Below are positions 63,241 to 64,000 of a stretch of DNA of 64,000 bases, piece by piece. The stretch spans positions 49,662,001 through 49,726,000 of the forward strand of contig CM060734.1 of the NCBI GenBank assembly GCA_030704615.1, in the 5' to 3' direction. The stretch comes from Takakia lepidozioides (Eukaryota; Plantae; Bryophyta). The notes under the pieces were generated by a model. The model worked only from the letters and a program-made list of their open reading frames with translations, was not told where the DNA came from and did no database searches. The position numbers were made by a program, and so were the translations under genes. The stretch's first letter is position 1, and every line of letters begins with the position of its first letter.

Positions 63241-63869
63241 TACAGCACTTGGAGATATCAAGGGAAAGGTCTCCGATTCAAATCTGGTCGTAGGCTCTAT
63301 GGAAAAAAAAATGATTCGATATGGTCTCTCGAGGGCTTAGCAAACATATTGAAAACATTTGATATCATATACTTACAAACAAGATGAAATGTTCTTTGGC
63401 AAGTCTTCACTTTTATTTGGACATCATTTGCAAAAGTAACAGTCATGGCTGCTGCAGCCTTGTGTTGCTTTGGTCCATTAAAGAATGTTTATCCTTTCTA
63501 TATCCTCTTATTGTGTTCTAATTTGCTTGTCCCTTTAATTCTTTACATAGGGATTTACCACAAGCACTTAGTTTGAGGAATTTGTCTCATTGTAAGGGCA
63601 AGTGTGGTATTCATCACCGCTCACTCCTTTCAGTTGCAATTCAGCCTTTCTCTTCAAAAATCTCTGCAGGACTTCTCCTGTCCTTTGAGCTAGATAAGTA
63701 GCATTCAAGCCCACTTCCATATCCTTGTGGAACAATAAGCATTTCAATACTTCAGTGGATGGATAAGGGCAGTCGGGTCCTTCCGTAGCACGACAGGCGC
63801 CTTCATGAACAATGTGGGTCCAGTCGGCTTAGCCATTTGTAAATATATTTGCCCACACTAGCAAACTCT

Positions 63870-63907
63870 AAAGTGGCTCTTAATAGTCATGCCGGCTTTG
63901 GCCGGAG

Positions 63908-63938
<31 letters not shown>
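63870..63938 (+). repeat. Non-LTR retroelement 3' end with (TC)n tail
   Basis: AAGTGGCTCTTA...GCCGGCnnnGGCCGGAGTCT(TC)n, as at 23940-23988. Confidence 0.65.
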
Positions 63939-63941
<3 letters not shown>

Positions 63942-64000
63942 GAATTCCCACGTTTTGTTGCGAGTTCTAGAATCCATCTCCTACTGCATTGTCATCCGTC

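Overview
Repeat-dense, intron-bearing eukaryotic nuclear DNA, most consistent with a non-seed land plant (bryophyte-like; inferred from PLS-DYW PPR relics, Tcn1-like chromovirus, plant annexin and SEC1/KEULE exon structures). Only one intact host gene is supported: a six-coding-exon annexin (35630-40539, +). Host-gene relics are two internally deleted PPR-DYW pseudogenes and the first four exons of a SEC1/KEULE gene. The rest is nested mobile DNA: an L1-type LINE, two converging copies of a self-priming Ty3/gypsy element, several Ty1/copia and gypsy fragments, MULE/SWIM elements, hAT, Tc1/mariner-type and CAC-ended MITEs with readable TSDs, and a tRNA-derived SINE family. The most notable finding, largely missed by the ORF track, is a decayed intron-containing Crypton-type (DUF3504-like) tyrosine recombinase gene at about 22142-24080 (-) with a nested cruciform downstream. 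Second is a cluster of one SWIM finger plus three divergent FCP1/NIF HAD-like domains at 47.2-52.2 kb. All calls come from manual reading and translation; no database searches were run.
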